Source: an uncultured Thermococci archaeon
GTDB lineage: Archaea; Methanobacteriota_B; Thermococci; Methanofastidiosales; B48-G16
Direction: 5' to 3'
DNA: 64,000 bases
Assembly (NCBI GenBank): GCA_964595645.1
Contig: CAZQQT010000004.1
Span: 32,001 to 96,000, forward strand
The position numbers and the translations under genes were made by a program. Shown here piece by piece: positions 19,782 to 32,319 of this stretch. The notes beneath the pieces are model-generated. The model made no database searches, was not told the origin of the DNA, and saw only the letters and a program-made list of their open reading frames with translations. Every line of letters starts with the position of its first letter. Position 1 is the first letter of the stretch.

Positions 19782-20294
19782 ATGGCAGTACTACGACCTG
19801 GAAAAATCGACAGAAAGGTAGATAATCCAAATTATACACGGAAGGAGTACATCGGTGCACTCCCCTCCATAAAAATAGCTCATTTTGATACAGGTAATAA
19901 GAATGCATCTTTCACTCATGAAGTATCGTTGAAAATGAAAAATGACATCCAGATACGACACAATGCCCTTGAAGCTGCTCGTGTGGCAGCTAATGGCTAT
20001 ATGGAGAAAAAAACAGGAACACAATATCATCTGAAGGTACGAGTATACCCATTCCAAGTTCTCAGGAGAAATCCCATGGCTACTGGTCATAAGGCAGATC
20101 GATATGGGAATGGAATGAGGCTCTCATTTGGGAGGGCCATCAGCAGAGCCGCCCGAGTAAACAAGGGGCAGAAAGTCATTACCATCTACGTCGATGAAGA
20201 AAACATTCCCATGGCCAAAGAAGCGCTTCGACGTGCTTCCATGAAACTTCCTCTGGGAACATCAACAATAGTGGAAGAAGCTGAATCAGCGTAA
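19782..20294 (+). CDS. rpl10e: 50S ribosomal protein L10e (uL16)
   Basis: YTRKEYI, QIRHNALEAARVAAN, GMRLSFG, EALRRASMKLP. Confidence 0.97.
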   Translation: MAVLRPGKIDRKVDNPNYTRKEYIGALPSIKIAHFDTGNKNASFTHEVSLKMKNDIQIRHNALEAARVAANGYMEKKTGTQYHLKVRVYPFQVLRRNPMATGHKADRYGNGMRLSFGRAISRAARVNKGQKVITIYVDEENIPMAKEALRRASMKLPLGTSTIVEEAESA

Positions 20295-21410
20295 CTACTC
20301 CAGTTCTTTTATTTTCTCTTTGAATAATTCTGTAGCTGCTCCAGTCGTCTCTCTATCCCTTCCTGCAACGATAACTACATCTTTTTCTGAAAACACATTT
20401 TCCAGATACTCGTACTTTCCCGTTGTCACAAACCAGTTTACCTGTGAGTCTCCCTTCAGTACAACTTCTTCTGTCACGTTATTTGCCACCTTCTTTTCTC
20501 CGGTAGACTGTAACACCATTCCCGGTCCACCCACAAGGATCAGGTTATAATTGTCCTTCATCTCTCGAGTAAGCTCTGTGTCTCGAACAAGCATCGTGTA
20601 CGGATCCACTCCCACAGGGATTTTCTCCCGCTCTATTTGACTTAATCTATATGCAAGACCACACAGCACTTCATACTTCAGTTCTGTTTCGTCCACCCAC
20701 TCGGTGGTGAGGTTGAGCTGCCACTTGTACGCTCCATCCCCTATATCGAATATAGGGGTTGTTAACTGATTTGTCGAGCCCAATGTCTTCTCCTTTCGAT
20801 ACAGCTTAATTTCATCAGGGTATACCTTGAGATACCACTCTGTATTGTACCAGAAGGGAGTTTCTGTTGACGAGACGAACTGTCCATTTTCATAAACTAA
20901 TTTATCTTCCTGTATGGACTCAATCGTGTACATTTTCCCGAGGAACTGGATTGTATCTCCTGCTTCTATATTTGTCACGGCATATTCCAAATAGAGGAGC
21001 TTCTTATTCGGCAGATCTACCTTAAATCGTATCTCTCCGTGAGGCTTGGTTTCATCATATGCTTCGTTTGTGTGGATCTCTCTTGGTTTCCCACCATACC
21101 AGAGGGTCTGATACTCCCTCGGTGTAAGAACTATCTCCGTCATATTTGGTGCAGTGCCCTGAGAACGTGGAGGCCAAAAATACTGAGGTTTTTCAGATAT
21201 GATGACACACATCTTGTTAGCCACGTACTGGGCAATCTCCAGCGCGTTCTCGTAATCCTCCTCGGCTGCGTACTGTCCGTAGACTATTTTTACGCGCGGC
21301 TGTCCATTTTCAGAGTTGGCAAAAAAATCTCGAGAAAGGGTAGACTGACCACCGATCAACGGAAGTACGAACAATGCCACTATAATCGTGCAGAGTAATC
21401 TTTTCAGCAT
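20295..21410 (-). CDS. S-layer-family protein (Methanococcus/Thermococcus type)
   Basis: Signal peptide; IVYG..AAEED...A..IA N-terminal motif; NLILVGGP...AN and VIVAGRDR..T C-terminal motifs. Confidence 0.75.
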   Translation of the reverse strand: MLKRLLCTIIVALFVLPLIGGQSTLSRDFFANSENGQPRVKIVYGQYAAEEDYENALEIAQYVANKMCVIISEKPQYFWPPRSQGTAPNMTEIVLTPREYQTLWYGGKPREIHTNEAYDETKPHGEIRFKVDLPNKKLLYLEYAVTNIEAGDTIQFLGKMYTIESIQEDKLVYENGQFVSSTETPFWYNTEWYLKVYPDEIKLYRKEKTLGSTNQLTTPIFDIGDGAYKWQLNLTTEWVDETELKYEVLCGLAYRLSQIEREKIPVGVDPYTMLVRDTELTREMKDNYNLILVGGPGMVLQSTGEKKVANNVTEEVVLKGDSQVNWFVTTGKYEYLENVFSEKDVVIVAGRDRETTGAATELFKEKIKELE

Positions 21411-21565
21411 AGTTGTTCTATGTAAGGTAGATATTATAAATGTTACTGTGGAAAAAGAATATTCTTCCGGTCTTGCGTGAAAAAGAAGAAACTCGCTGAC
21501 AAACGCAGGTACTTGATTTCAGGTAACGTAGAAAACTCTTTAAATATCGAAGATCTAATGCATAC

Positions 21566-22696
21566 ATGTACCGGTTCGGATTGCTCATCAACCCTATCGC
21601 AGGTATGGGGGGAAAAGTAGGACTCAAGGGGACGGATGGTGTGCTGGAAGAAGCTATCAAACGGAGAGCCTCCCCTATCGCTGAAAAAAGAGCCTTAAAA
21701 GCTCTAAAAAAAATAAAAAAAACAATGAAGAACTACAATCAGGAATTTCCGGTGAAATGGTTCACAGCTTCAGGCAGTATGGGGGAGAATGTGTTGAAGG
21801 AGCAAAAAATCCCGTGCGAAGTCGTGTACCATTGCAGGGAAGAGACAACTGCCGGGGACACGCGGAAGGCCTGTGCGGAATTTCTCACACATGAGGTCGA
21901 TCTCATCATTTTCTGTGGGGGAGATGGTACAGCCAGAGATGTCTACACCGTGGTGGAAGATAAACTCCCCATTCTCGGGATACCGTCAGGTGTTAAAATG
22001 CACTCCGGTGTTTTCTGTGTAAATCCGGAAGCTGCGTCCGACGTGCTCTTTTCATTCCTTAACGGAACAGTCGATGTCTGTGAGGCAGAGATAATGGATC
22101 TCGATGAAAAAAAGTACCGGAAAGGAGAGTGGTCGATCAGACTTCACGGCGTGGCGAAAACGCTCTGTGAGGCCAACTACATACAGAGTGCCAAGGCAAT
22201 GATTCGCGGTCCGTCTGAAGAGGAGGTAAAGGAAGAGATCGCCGAACATATAAAGGAAGATATAGAAAGGGGGACACTCTATATCCTCGGACCGGGAGGC
22301 ACACTCAGTACCATTGGAAAAGCACTTGAGATCGACAAGACGCTTCTGGGTATTGACGCAGTACTCAACGGCGATCTCGTCGGAAAGGATCTCAACGAGC
22401 AGGAACTACTCTCGCTTCTCTCAGAGTACAATGACGTCAAACTTATCGTGAGTCCCATCGGCGCCCAAGGGTTCGTGCTTGGGCGAGGAAATCTTCAGTT
22501 AAGTCCGAAAGTCATACAGAAAATAGGAATAGAAAACATTATTATTGTCGCCACACCTTCCAAACTCCGTACTATATCGAGATTACGTGTTGATACCGGT
22601 GATTCAGCTCTAGATAAAGAATTCGCAGAGAAAAAGTATCTCCACGTCCTCATTGGATACCACACCACAGCGTTAAGGAAGATAGCCGTACCTTAA
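21566..22696 (+). CDS. ATP-NAD kinase family protein (AcoX-like)
   Basis: NPIAGMGG, GGDGTARD, GVKMHSG, GRGNLQ. Confidence 0.88.
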   Translation: MYRFGLLINPIAGMGGKVGLKGTDGVLEEAIKRRASPIAEKRALKALKKIKKTMKNYNQEFPVKWFTASGSMGENVLKEQKIPCEVVYHCREETTAGDTRKACAEFLTHEVDLIIFCGGDGTARDVYTVVEDKLPILGIPSGVKMHSGVFCVNPEAASDVLFSFLNGTVDVCEAEIMDLDEKKYRKGEWSIRLHGVAKTLCEANYIQSAKAMIRGPSEEEVKEEIAEHIKEDIERGTLYILGPGGTLSTIGKALEIDKTLLGIDAVLNGDLVGKDLNEQELLSLLSEYNDVKLIVSPIGAQGFVLGRGNLQLSPKVIQKIGIENIIIVATPSKLRTISRLRVDTGDSALDKEFAEKKYLHVLIGYHTTALRKIAVP

Positions 22697-22747
22697 CATT
22701 TAAGTAATCACAGTTCTTTAATATAGATGGAAGATAGCGGTGGTTAG

Positions 22748-23929
22748 ATGAAAGAAAAAACAGAATTTCTAAAAAGAGAGTACGAAAAAATGAAAGAACG
22801 AGGAGAAACGTGGACAATACGGAGTCTCAGTGGGCCATCAAAGCCTCACGTAACCGTAGAAGGAAAAGAATGTATAATGGTAGCCTCAAATAACTATCTA
22901 AACTTAGCAAATGATCCGCGACTTAAGGAAGCCGCGATACAAGCTGTAGAGAAGTATGGTGCAGGTGCAGGATCCGACTGGTCCATTGCCGGAACCATGG
23001 GTGTCCATGAAGAACTCAACGAAAAAATCGCTGAGTTCAAAAGAACGGAGGCAGGTATCACTTATCAAACAGGGTTTGCGGTAAACTCTGGATTGATACC
23101 ACAACTTGCTGGAAAAGGAGACTTGCTCATCTCCGATGAGCTCAACCACGGAAGTATTATCGACGGCGTGCGGCTTACAAAGGCTGACAGGGCAATATAC
23201 GCTCATTCGGACATGGGGGAATTAGAAGCCGTACTCAAAGACGCGGAGAAAAAGGACTATCGAAGGACAATTATTCTCACAGATGGTGTCTTTTCCATGG
23301 ACGGTGATATCGCGAAGATGGATGAGATCCAGAAACTGGCAGATGAGTACGGTGCCATGACCTACGTAGATGATGCCCATGGTGAAGGTGTCCTGGGAGA
23401 CGGCCACGGGATTGCTACGGAGTTCGGTATCGAAGACAAGATAGACTTCCAGATGGGCACATTCTCCAAAGCATTTGGGGGATTCGGTGGAATGCTCGCC
23501 GGAAGTGAAGCTCTTATCAAGTACGCCTACAATACCTCACGAACCTGGCTCCTGAGTGCTGCGTTCCCACCACATGTCGCGGCTGCAAACCTCAAGGCGC
23601 TGGAGATTGTAGAAGAAGAACCTAAAAGGGTGAAGAAACTCTGGGAAAACACCAAATACTTCAAAAAAGAAATAGAAAGCCTTGGATTCGACACTGGATA
23701 CAGCGAAACCCCCATTATTCCTGCTATGGTAGGGGAGAGTAAGAAGGCGCAGAAACTGGCAGACAAACTCTATGAAGAGGACATCTTCTGCCTCGCGATC
23801 GTGTTCCCTATGGTTGCCAGAGGAATGGCAAGGATCCGCAACCAGATGAATGCTGGCATGACAAAAGAGGACCTTGACAAGGTGTTACGGGCTTACGAGA
23901 AGTGTGGAAAAGAATTAGATATTATTTAA
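22748..23929 (+). CDS. kbl: Glycine C-acetyltransferase / BioF-Kbl family PLP enzyme
   Basis: SNNYLNL, SDELNHGSIIDG, DGVFSMDGD, DDAHG, GTFSKA. Confidence 0.85.
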   Translation: MKEKTEFLKREYEKMKERGETWTIRSLSGPSKPHVTVEGKECIMVASNNYLNLANDPRLKEAAIQAVEKYGAGAGSDWSIAGTMGVHEELNEKIAEFKRTEAGITYQTGFAVNSGLIPQLAGKGDLLISDELNHGSIIDGVRLTKADRAIYAHSDMGELEAVLKDAEKKDYRRTIILTDGVFSMDGDIAKMDEIQKLADEYGAMTYVDDAHGEGVLGDGHGIATEFGIEDKIDFQMGTFSKAFGGFGGMLAGSEALIKYAYNTSRTWLLSAAFPPHVAAANLKALEIVEEEPKRVKKLWENTKYFKKEIESLGFDTGYSETPIIPAMVGESKKAQKLADKLYEEDIFCLAIVFPMVARGMARIRNQMNAGMTKEDLDKVLRAYEKCGKELDII

Positions 23930-23965
23930 TTTTTTCTCTATTTTTATTGATGCGGAGCAAAAGAA

Positions 23966-24598
23966 ATGAAATCGACATACCTGCGTACCCTCATAGAGGT
24001 TGCGAAAAGAGAAGGAGAGACTGTGACGAGTGTGGAACTCGGCAAGATCCTTCAGGTTTCCCAACAGACCGCCTCTCGGAGAATACAAAAACTCGAAGAA
24101 AAGGGACTGATCGAGAAAGATGGAAAAACAACCACAGTAAATGATGCAGGGAAAAAAGTCCTTAGAAAGGTCTATCAGGATCTCGATACAATCTTCAGGG
24201 AGCAGGAAGTAGTGTATGGGAAGCTCTTCTCCGGTCTTGGAGAAGGAAAGTACTACATCGCAAAACATGGGTACCGTGCACAGATTGTGAAAAAACTTGG
24301 ATTCTCCCCGTATCCTGGAACATTAAATCTTCATTTACGTCCCGAGGAGAACAGCAAGCTGGAGGAAATACTCGCAGATAAGGAGTATATTCTTCTTGAG
24401 GGCTTCAGAGACGAGAATAGATCATTTGGGGATGTGAAGGCCTATCACGTGCTTGTGGACGATAAAATAAAGGGTGCGCTTCTCAAGCCTTTTAGGACGC
24501 ATCACATGCCCAATGTGGTGGAGATCATCTCGGAGGAGTTTCTCAGGAAGAAGTTAAATATCAACGATGGGAGTATCGTACGGTTTTCTGTGCTCTAA
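23966..24598 (+). CDS. ribK: CTP-dependent riboflavin kinase with N-terminal HTH (RbkR type)
   Basis: SQQTASR HTH; SGLGEGKYY, PYPGTLN, RTHH. Confidence 0.93.
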   Translation: MKSTYLRTLIEVAKREGETVTSVELGKILQVSQQTASRRIQKLEEKGLIEKDGKTTTVNDAGKKVLRKVYQDLDTIFREQEVVYGKLFSGLGEGKYYIAKHGYRAQIVKKLGFSPYPGTLNLHLRPEENSKLEEILADKEYILLEGFRDENRSFGDVKAYHVLVDDKIKGALLKPFRTHHMPNVVEIISEEFLRKKLNINDGSIVRFSVL

Positions 24599-24686
24599 AA
24601 CTTTTAACTTTCATGTGAATAACGTGATTCACAAATATATTGTAGTTAAAAAACATTTAAAAGATTTTCTGTGTATATAACATATA

Positions 24687-25055
24687 ATGAGGATTCTTAT
24701 CGTCGACGATGAGATGGAAGTCCTCACACTCTTTAAAGATGTGCTGGAGAGTGCGGGACACACCGTTGAGATCGCCATTGATGGAGAAAAAGGAATAAAA
24801 AAGTTTAAAAACGGACATGAATTCGATCTCGTGATCATGGATTATAGAATGCATGGTGAGGACGGGGTGGAGGTATCAAAGAAACTATGGAAAATCGATG
24901 AGAACGCGAGGATCCTCTTCGTCAGTGCCGATCCAACGATCCAAGAAGAAACGCTGGAAATGGGAGTAGTGGGCTTCCTCCTCAAACCCTTCGATGTCGA
25001 GGAATTGGTGGAAACAGTAAGAGAACTGTCGCCGGAAGCAACTGTATCTCGGTGA
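24687..25055 (+). CDS. Stand-alone response regulator receiver (CheY-like)
   Basis: ILIVDDE, DLVIMD phospho-acceptor, SA, KPF. Confidence 0.92.
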   Translation: MRILIVDDEMEVLTLFKDVLESAGHTVEIAIDGEKGIKKFKNGHEFDLVIMDYRMHGEDGVEVSKKLWKIDENARILFVSADPTIQEETLEMGVVGFLLKPFDVEELVETVRELSPEATVSR

Positions 25056-25252
25056 AAAAGAGTTGCTGTGATAAAACTTTAAACGCTTGGACATGTACAT
25101 ATAAAATATATTGGAAAACCCTCTTTTTCATTTTAAATGCTTTACGTCGTTGCATATCTCTATCTACCGTTATTCAGTTTTTCCGTGGACAACACAAAAA
25201 ACTATAAAAAGATCATTCAGAAAAAGGATATATACTCATCGGGGTCCTCAAA

Positions 25253-25696
25253 ATGGAGAAAAACAACAAAGAAAAGATCAGAGAGGATTTTGAGTTCATA
25301 AAGGATGACGTAGAAGCTGTTCTCTTGTTCGGTTCTATCGTCAAAGGAGAAAGTCACAATGCCTCAGATATAGATGTGTGTCTTGTGAATCCCAAAAACA
25401 AAAATGTCCTCATAAAAGTCTTTGAGAGACATGGGGGTAAATACGATGTGAAGATATTTGAGGATCTACCCCTGTACATCCAAATAGAGATAATTAAAAA
25501 TCATGAGGTGCTTATTGGAGATGACGTAGAACTTTCGTATTACTTTTACAAAACAAGGAAAATATGGAAGGATATGGAAAAAAGAATCAGGAAAAATCAG
25601 TTTGACAATGCGAAGGAAATGGTACAGACACGAAAGAGGTGGCTGAATGAGAAAGCAACGACGGCTCGGAAGAAGACGTTTGAAGAGAATAAATGA
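25253..25696 (+). CDS. Minimal nucleotidyltransferase (MNT)
   Basis: LFGS-x10-DID, FEDLPLYI. Confidence 0.88.
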   Translation: MEKNNKEKIREDFEFIKDDVEAVLLFGSIVKGESHNASDIDVCLVNPKNKNVLIKVFERHGGKYDVKIFEDLPLYIQIEIIKNHEVLIGDDVELSYYFYKTRKIWKDMEKRIRKNQFDNAKEMVQTRKRWLNEKATTARKKTFEENK

Positions 25697-25753
25697 ACTG
25701 CTGAAATTTGCTGTAAAAATAGTGGAATAAAAAAAGAAAAAAAGGAAGGTATT

Positions 25754-26173
25754 CTATTCTAACTTGAATACAATGGGCGTACCTGAATCTTTGTGGACAA
25801 GTTTTACCTTGTCACCAGCAGAGCAGCCAGAGAAATCAAATGTCATCACGTCACCAGCTTCATAAGTGCCAGAAGTGCCATTTAAATCTGCATTGGGAAT
25901 TAATTGGTCGTTTTTATAAAGATCAAAAACATCGCTAAAGGTATTGTCAGTCGCCGTAATATCCTCCCCCATATTTCGTATATTCACGCCATCAGTATCC
26001 GCACTTCTCGTCTCAACTAAGAACTGGTAGTCACCTGCCTTCGATTCCACTTGTGTTTCTTCCGACACGTAGCCGGACGCCCATACGTATACTACCAAAC
26101 TTATCGCCACTGCGACCACGATCATTAGTACAACCGCGATCACGGGGCTGACTCCTTTTTTGTCCTTCAACAT
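25754..26173 (-). CDS. Archaeal type IV pilin (class III signal peptide)
   Basis: KKG/VSPVIAVVLMIVVAVA; GGTGA SD at 26179-26183 favours ATG 26173. Confidence 0.9.
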   Translation of the reverse strand: MLKDKKGVSPVIAVVLMIVVAVAISLVVYVWASGYVSEETQVESKAGDYQFLVETRSADTDGVNIRNMGEDITATDNTFSDVFDLYKNDQLIPNADLNGTSGTYEAGDVMTFDFSGCSAGDKVKLVHKDSGTPIVFKLE

Positions 26174-26204
26174 TTTTGTCACCTAGTATTATTGTATATC
26201 AACA

Positions 26205-26363
26205 CTATTTATATTGTTCCTTCTCCCTTTTAAGTTTTTCTATGATCGCTTGATGTACAAAGTCGCTCTTCGTCTTGTATAATCCCTTCTCCACCTTCTC
26301 TTCAATCTCCTTCACGAGCTGAGGAGCAACAGTGGTGCCGATCGTCTTATTTTTCCTAGCCAT
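26205..26363 (-). CDS. Ribbon-helix-helix (CopG/Arc/MetJ) protein, 52 aa, below ORF-track cutoff
   Basis: Manual translation MARKNKTIGTTVAPQLVKEIEEKVEKGLYKTKSDFVHQAIIEKLKREKEQYK; TTTATAAA upstream. Confidence 0.85.
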   Translation of the reverse strand: MARKNKTIGTTVAPQLVKEIEEKVEKGLYKTKSDFVHQAIIEKLKREKEQYK

Positions 26364-26476
26364 TAATATCCCTCTATATACACATCATTTACTGCTACTT
26401 CTAGCTTATATGTTTATAAAACTTTCTATAACATAGATTTTGAGTATAAAACTATTGCAAACTCTCTAGTTAATAA

Positions 26477-27349
26477 TTAAAAAAGGTAGAAAAAGAGCTG
26501 AAAGAGCAAATCGCCATAAAAATAGGCTATGATGAATCCAAGTGTGATCGGTATCAGAAAGGGGAGACCCGGGGTAACCCATATTCTCGTTGTGTACGGC
26601 GAGATCTTTTTCTTGTACTCCTCCACATCGTACTCGATTACCCCCAGAGAAGACACAAGCTGTAGTCTTCCGTCCTCGTGCACCACTAGCGGGAACTTTT
26701 TGTCATCGAGATCCTCGAGATCGATTGGGTAGCCGATGAAGTACGTGCGCAGCTTAGCGAGCCGCTGTCCCTCGATATGCTCAAATCTGTTCCTCTTAAG
26801 AAGGTTGTACGCACACACTACCAAGGGGAGGAATACAACGAGAATAAGGCTATTGTTAAATACGGAGATAGAAAAAATTGGCAATGAGTGTTTCGTGCGA
26901 AAAAAGAGAGAAGATATCGCCACCAGTGCCTTCGCATCGCCACCACCCATCATCCCAAAAAACGCGATGAAGTACACGAAACAGAAGGTCACACTCATAT
27001 GCTGGAATATCACGTTGAAAGGATTGGGTGCGTAGTAAAACATGACAATGGATAGGCCCAAAAATCCCACAATATACGGTGTATCTTCAACATTTTCTCG
27101 GAAATCGTCCCGATCGAGCAGAAGTATTGCCCCATACACGAGAAAGAATAGACCGAGAACCTTGAGTACAGTGATGTTCCTTGCGATGGGATCATGGGTC
27201 ACACCATGAAAATACTCATATAAGCCAAAAATAAGTCCTGCAGCTATCATTATACCCCACACCCAGTCCTCGACCTCTCGTTTCTTTATATCCTCGATAC
27301 AGCTATAAAGCAGTAGGATGACTGCAGGAATTACCTTGATCATGGACAA
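26477..27349 (-). CDS. Prepilin/prearchaellin peptidase (A24, FlaK/PibD type)
   Basis: EDIKKREV, GGGDAK aspartyl motif, WVTPGLPFLIPI; multi-TM. Confidence 0.92.
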   Translation of the reverse strand: MSMIKVIPAVILLLYSCIEDIKKREVEDWVWGIMIAAGLIFGLYEYFHGVTHDPIARNITVLKVLGLFFLVYGAILLLDRDDFRENVEDTPYIVGFLGLSIVMFYYAPNPFNVIFQHMSVTFCFVYFIAFFGMMGGGDAKALVAISSLFFRTKHSLPIFSISVFNNSLILVVFLPLVVCAYNLLKRNRFEHIEGQRLAKLRTYFIGYPIDLEDLDDKKFPLVVHEDGRLQLVSSLGVIEYDVEEYKKKISPYTTRIWVTPGLPFLIPITLGFIIAYFYGDLLFQLFFYLF

Positions 27350-27379
27350 AATAGATGGGGGAAGTATAAAAATCTGTTG

Positions 27380-28666
27380 TTAGATATGGAGATACTTCTC
27401 ACGTTCCCAGTTCGTCACGTGGAGTCTATACTCATCCCACTCCTTCCGTTTTGCCCGCATAAACGAGTCGTACGCCTTGAACAATGCGTCTTCCACAACA
27501 GGATCCAATTCAAGTTCTTTCAACGAATCCTTTAGTGTGGAAGGGAGGAGCTCTATTCCTCTCTCCTCGATTTCATCGATATCCAGATTGTACAGGTTGT
27601 AGTTCACAGGAGACGGAGGCTGGAGATCGTTGGTGATACCGTCGAGACCTGCTCTGAGCAGGACGGAAAACGTGAGGTAGGGGTTACACGAGGCATCGGG
27701 TACTCGAAACTCCACTCGCTTCTGGTTAGATTTAGGAATTCGTATCAAGGAGGACCTGTTCCCTCTTCCCCACGAAATGTACGCAGGTGCTTCGTACCCC
27801 GGAATCAGTCGTTTATACGAGTTCACAGTAGGATTTGACACAGCACAGATCGCCTTGGCATGTTTCAGTATTCCAGCAATGAATGATAGGGCTGTAGAAG
27901 AAAGACCGAACTCATGATCCCCTTCAAACAAGTTATTCTCATCTGCGGAAAGGTTTAAGTGTGTGTGCATTCCATTCCCGTAGTCATCCTGAAAGGGTTT
28001 CGGCATGAAGGTCGCGGTGAGCTCGTTGAGACTTGCCACTATCCTCACGATGATCTTCGACGTGACTACGGCATCCGCCGTTCGCAGCGCATCAGAAAAT
28101 TTGAAATCAATTTCATGCTGTCCGTTGCCCACCTCATGGTGAGAGGCTTCGTACTCGATGCCAGAATCCATCATGAGCAACGCCGAGCTTTTTCTGATGT
28201 CATGGGCAAGATCCACCGGTGCAAAGTCAAAGTAGCCCCCATCATCGTGCTGTTTCATACCATCAGTGAGGAGGAAGAACTCCAGCTCCGTGCCCACATT
28301 GAATACGGTCTCTTCCCCAAGAGCCTCCTTCATCTCTCTAATATTTTTCTTTAAGATATACCGAGGATCTCCTTCAAACGGTGTATCATCCATATAGACA
28401 TCGCAGATGAACCGTCCTTCTTTTCTCCCGTTGAAATCGAATACTGAAAAAGTGGCGGGATCGGGACGAAGACTCATGTCACTTTCGCTGATCCTCGAAA
28501 ATCCCTCAATGGACGATCCATCAAATCCGATGCCCTCATCCACAGCAATCTCTAGATTTGTAGAGGGTATAGCCATGCTTTTGACCACGCCGTTAACATC
28601 GACAAACTGCAGTCTCAAAAAATTGATCTCTTCGCTTTCAAGTGTTTCACGTATTTGTTCAATCAT
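27380..28666 (-). CDS. glnA: Glutamine synthetase type I (start at ATG 28666 after GGTGA)
   Basis: FDGSSIEGF, HHEV..GQHEI, FMPKP, NSYKRLIPGYEAP, NPYL. Confidence 0.95.
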   Translation of the reverse strand: MIEQIRETLESEEINFLRLQFVDVNGVVKSMAIPSTNLEIAVDEGIGFDGSSIEGFSRISESDMSLRPDPATFSVFDFNGRKEGRFICDVYMDDTPFEGDPRYILKKNIREMKEALGEETVFNVGTELEFFLLTDGMKQHDDGGYFDFAPVDLAHDIRKSSALLMMDSGIEYEASHHEVGNGQHEIDFKFSDALRTADAVVTSKIIVRIVASLNELTATFMPKPFQDDYGNGMHTHLNLSADENNLFEGDHEFGLSSTALSFIAGILKHAKAICAVSNPTVNSYKRLIPGYEAPAYISWGRGNRSSLIRIPKSNQKRVEFRVPDASCNPYLTFSVLLRAGLDGITNDLQPPSPVNYNLYNLDIDEIEERGIELLPSTLKDSLKELELDPVVEDALFKAYDSFMRAKRKEWDEYRLHVTNWEREKYLHI

Positions 28667-28699
28667 TCTCTCACCTTGCATACATACATATTAAAAAAT

Positions 28700-28721
28700 A
28701 ACAAAAGACTATATTTTTGTT
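28700..28721. promoter_or_regulatory. Inverted repeat just downstream of the glnA TATA box, candidate operator
   Basis: AACAAAA-N8-TTTTGTT; minus-strand GAAAACTTTTTAAA lies immediately upstream. Confidence 0.4.
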
Positions 28722-28844
28722 TAGTTTAAAAAGTTTTCTATGCACGAATGATCCAATAATATCTTTAAAATGAGATCTTTCTTTTTTTCAGAACGATAAC
28801 TTTTAAATACGGTTTACCATTAACATATAGATAGGTGATAAAAT

Positions 28845-29003
28845 ATGCCAAGAAATGTTACGTTAGCTACTATCGTCCCACCAAAAATATTGGAAATGAT
28901 CGAGGAACTTGCTGTCCAAGGAAAGTACCGATCGAAATCAGATTTCGTGTATCAAGCAGTAATCGCCAAACTAGTAGAGGAAGGAAAAATAGAACGGGGA
29001 TAA
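28845..29003 (+). CDS. Ribbon-helix-helix protein, 52 aa, paralog of 26205-26363
   Basis: Manual translation MPRNVTLATIVPPKILEMIEELAVQGKYRSKSDFVYQAVIAKLVEEGKIERG; GGTGA SD and TATA upstream. Confidence 0.85.
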   Translation: MPRNVTLATIVPPKILEMIEELAVQGKYRSKSDFVYQAVIAKLVEEGKIERG

Positions 29004-29027
29004 GACGAAGAGCAAACTTTTCGTCCT

Positions 29028-31648
<2,621 letters not shown>

Positions 31649-31669
31649 GAAAGTATTAAGAACAGAAAT

Positions 31670-32317
31670 TTAAAAAGTTAATCGTTCAACTACTCTCTTC
31701 AGATGTCCAGCCCCTACAACCGCAACAATTCGAGATTCTTCTATTTCCTCTATTTTTTTTGCCATGATCCTGTTCCTTTCTGTAATGAGCGCATGATAAA
31801 GATGTGGAGCGATCTTGTGGAACTCTTTAGAGAGATACTCGATGTTTTCTTCGGTCAGATCAAACTGTATCTCCTCTTCTTGAAAAGGAGAAAGAAAAAA
31901 AGACTTTAAAAGATTAAATTTCTCTTTGAGCGGTATTTTCGTCATTTTTTCTATTGTAATCTCTGCATCTCTATCGATAAGATACAGATTGGCACCGATG
32001 TCTTTACAGTGTTTGGCAGCAGTGAGCATCTCTTTTCCGGGGAACACGCCCATTTCTTCGCCGATTTTCTGTTCGAGGTACTGAAGAATACCTGCTACTA
32101 TCCCAAACTGCAGTCCTCTCGTTCGTATCATATCTGCAAAGTTCATTCGCTCTCCGGTGAGAAGGCCATAGTATCGCTTGGGATCCAGTTCTACACATAC
32201 AGCACTCGGTCTTTCGGAGAGGATAATCTCCTCTACTTCCTTCACGCTTTCTTTCAGTACATGAGCGGTTCCCACAATTGTTATCGATTTTTCCTCTGTA
32301 AAAATTCGTTTTATCAT
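31670..32317 (-). CDS. TraB/GumN family protein
   Basis: GTAHV, VELD..R, LIDRD, ERN..MA, VVGAGH. Confidence 0.92.
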   Translation of the reverse strand: MIKRIFTEEKSITIVGTAHVLKESVKEVEEIILSERPSAVCVELDPKRYYGLLTGERMNFADMIRTRGLQFGIVAGILQYLEQKIGEEMGVFPGKEMLTAAKHCKDIGANLYLIDRDAEITIEKMTKIPLKEKFNLLKSFFLSPFQEEEIQFDLTEENIEYLSKEFHKIAPHLYHALITERNRIMAKKIEEIEESRIVAVVGAGHLKRVVERLTF

Positions 32318-32319
32318 AA

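Noticed and set aside
24614-24633. Inverted repeat with 6-nt spacer as a Xer/dif site
   Set aside because: Arms lack the dif ATAA/TTAT inner consensus
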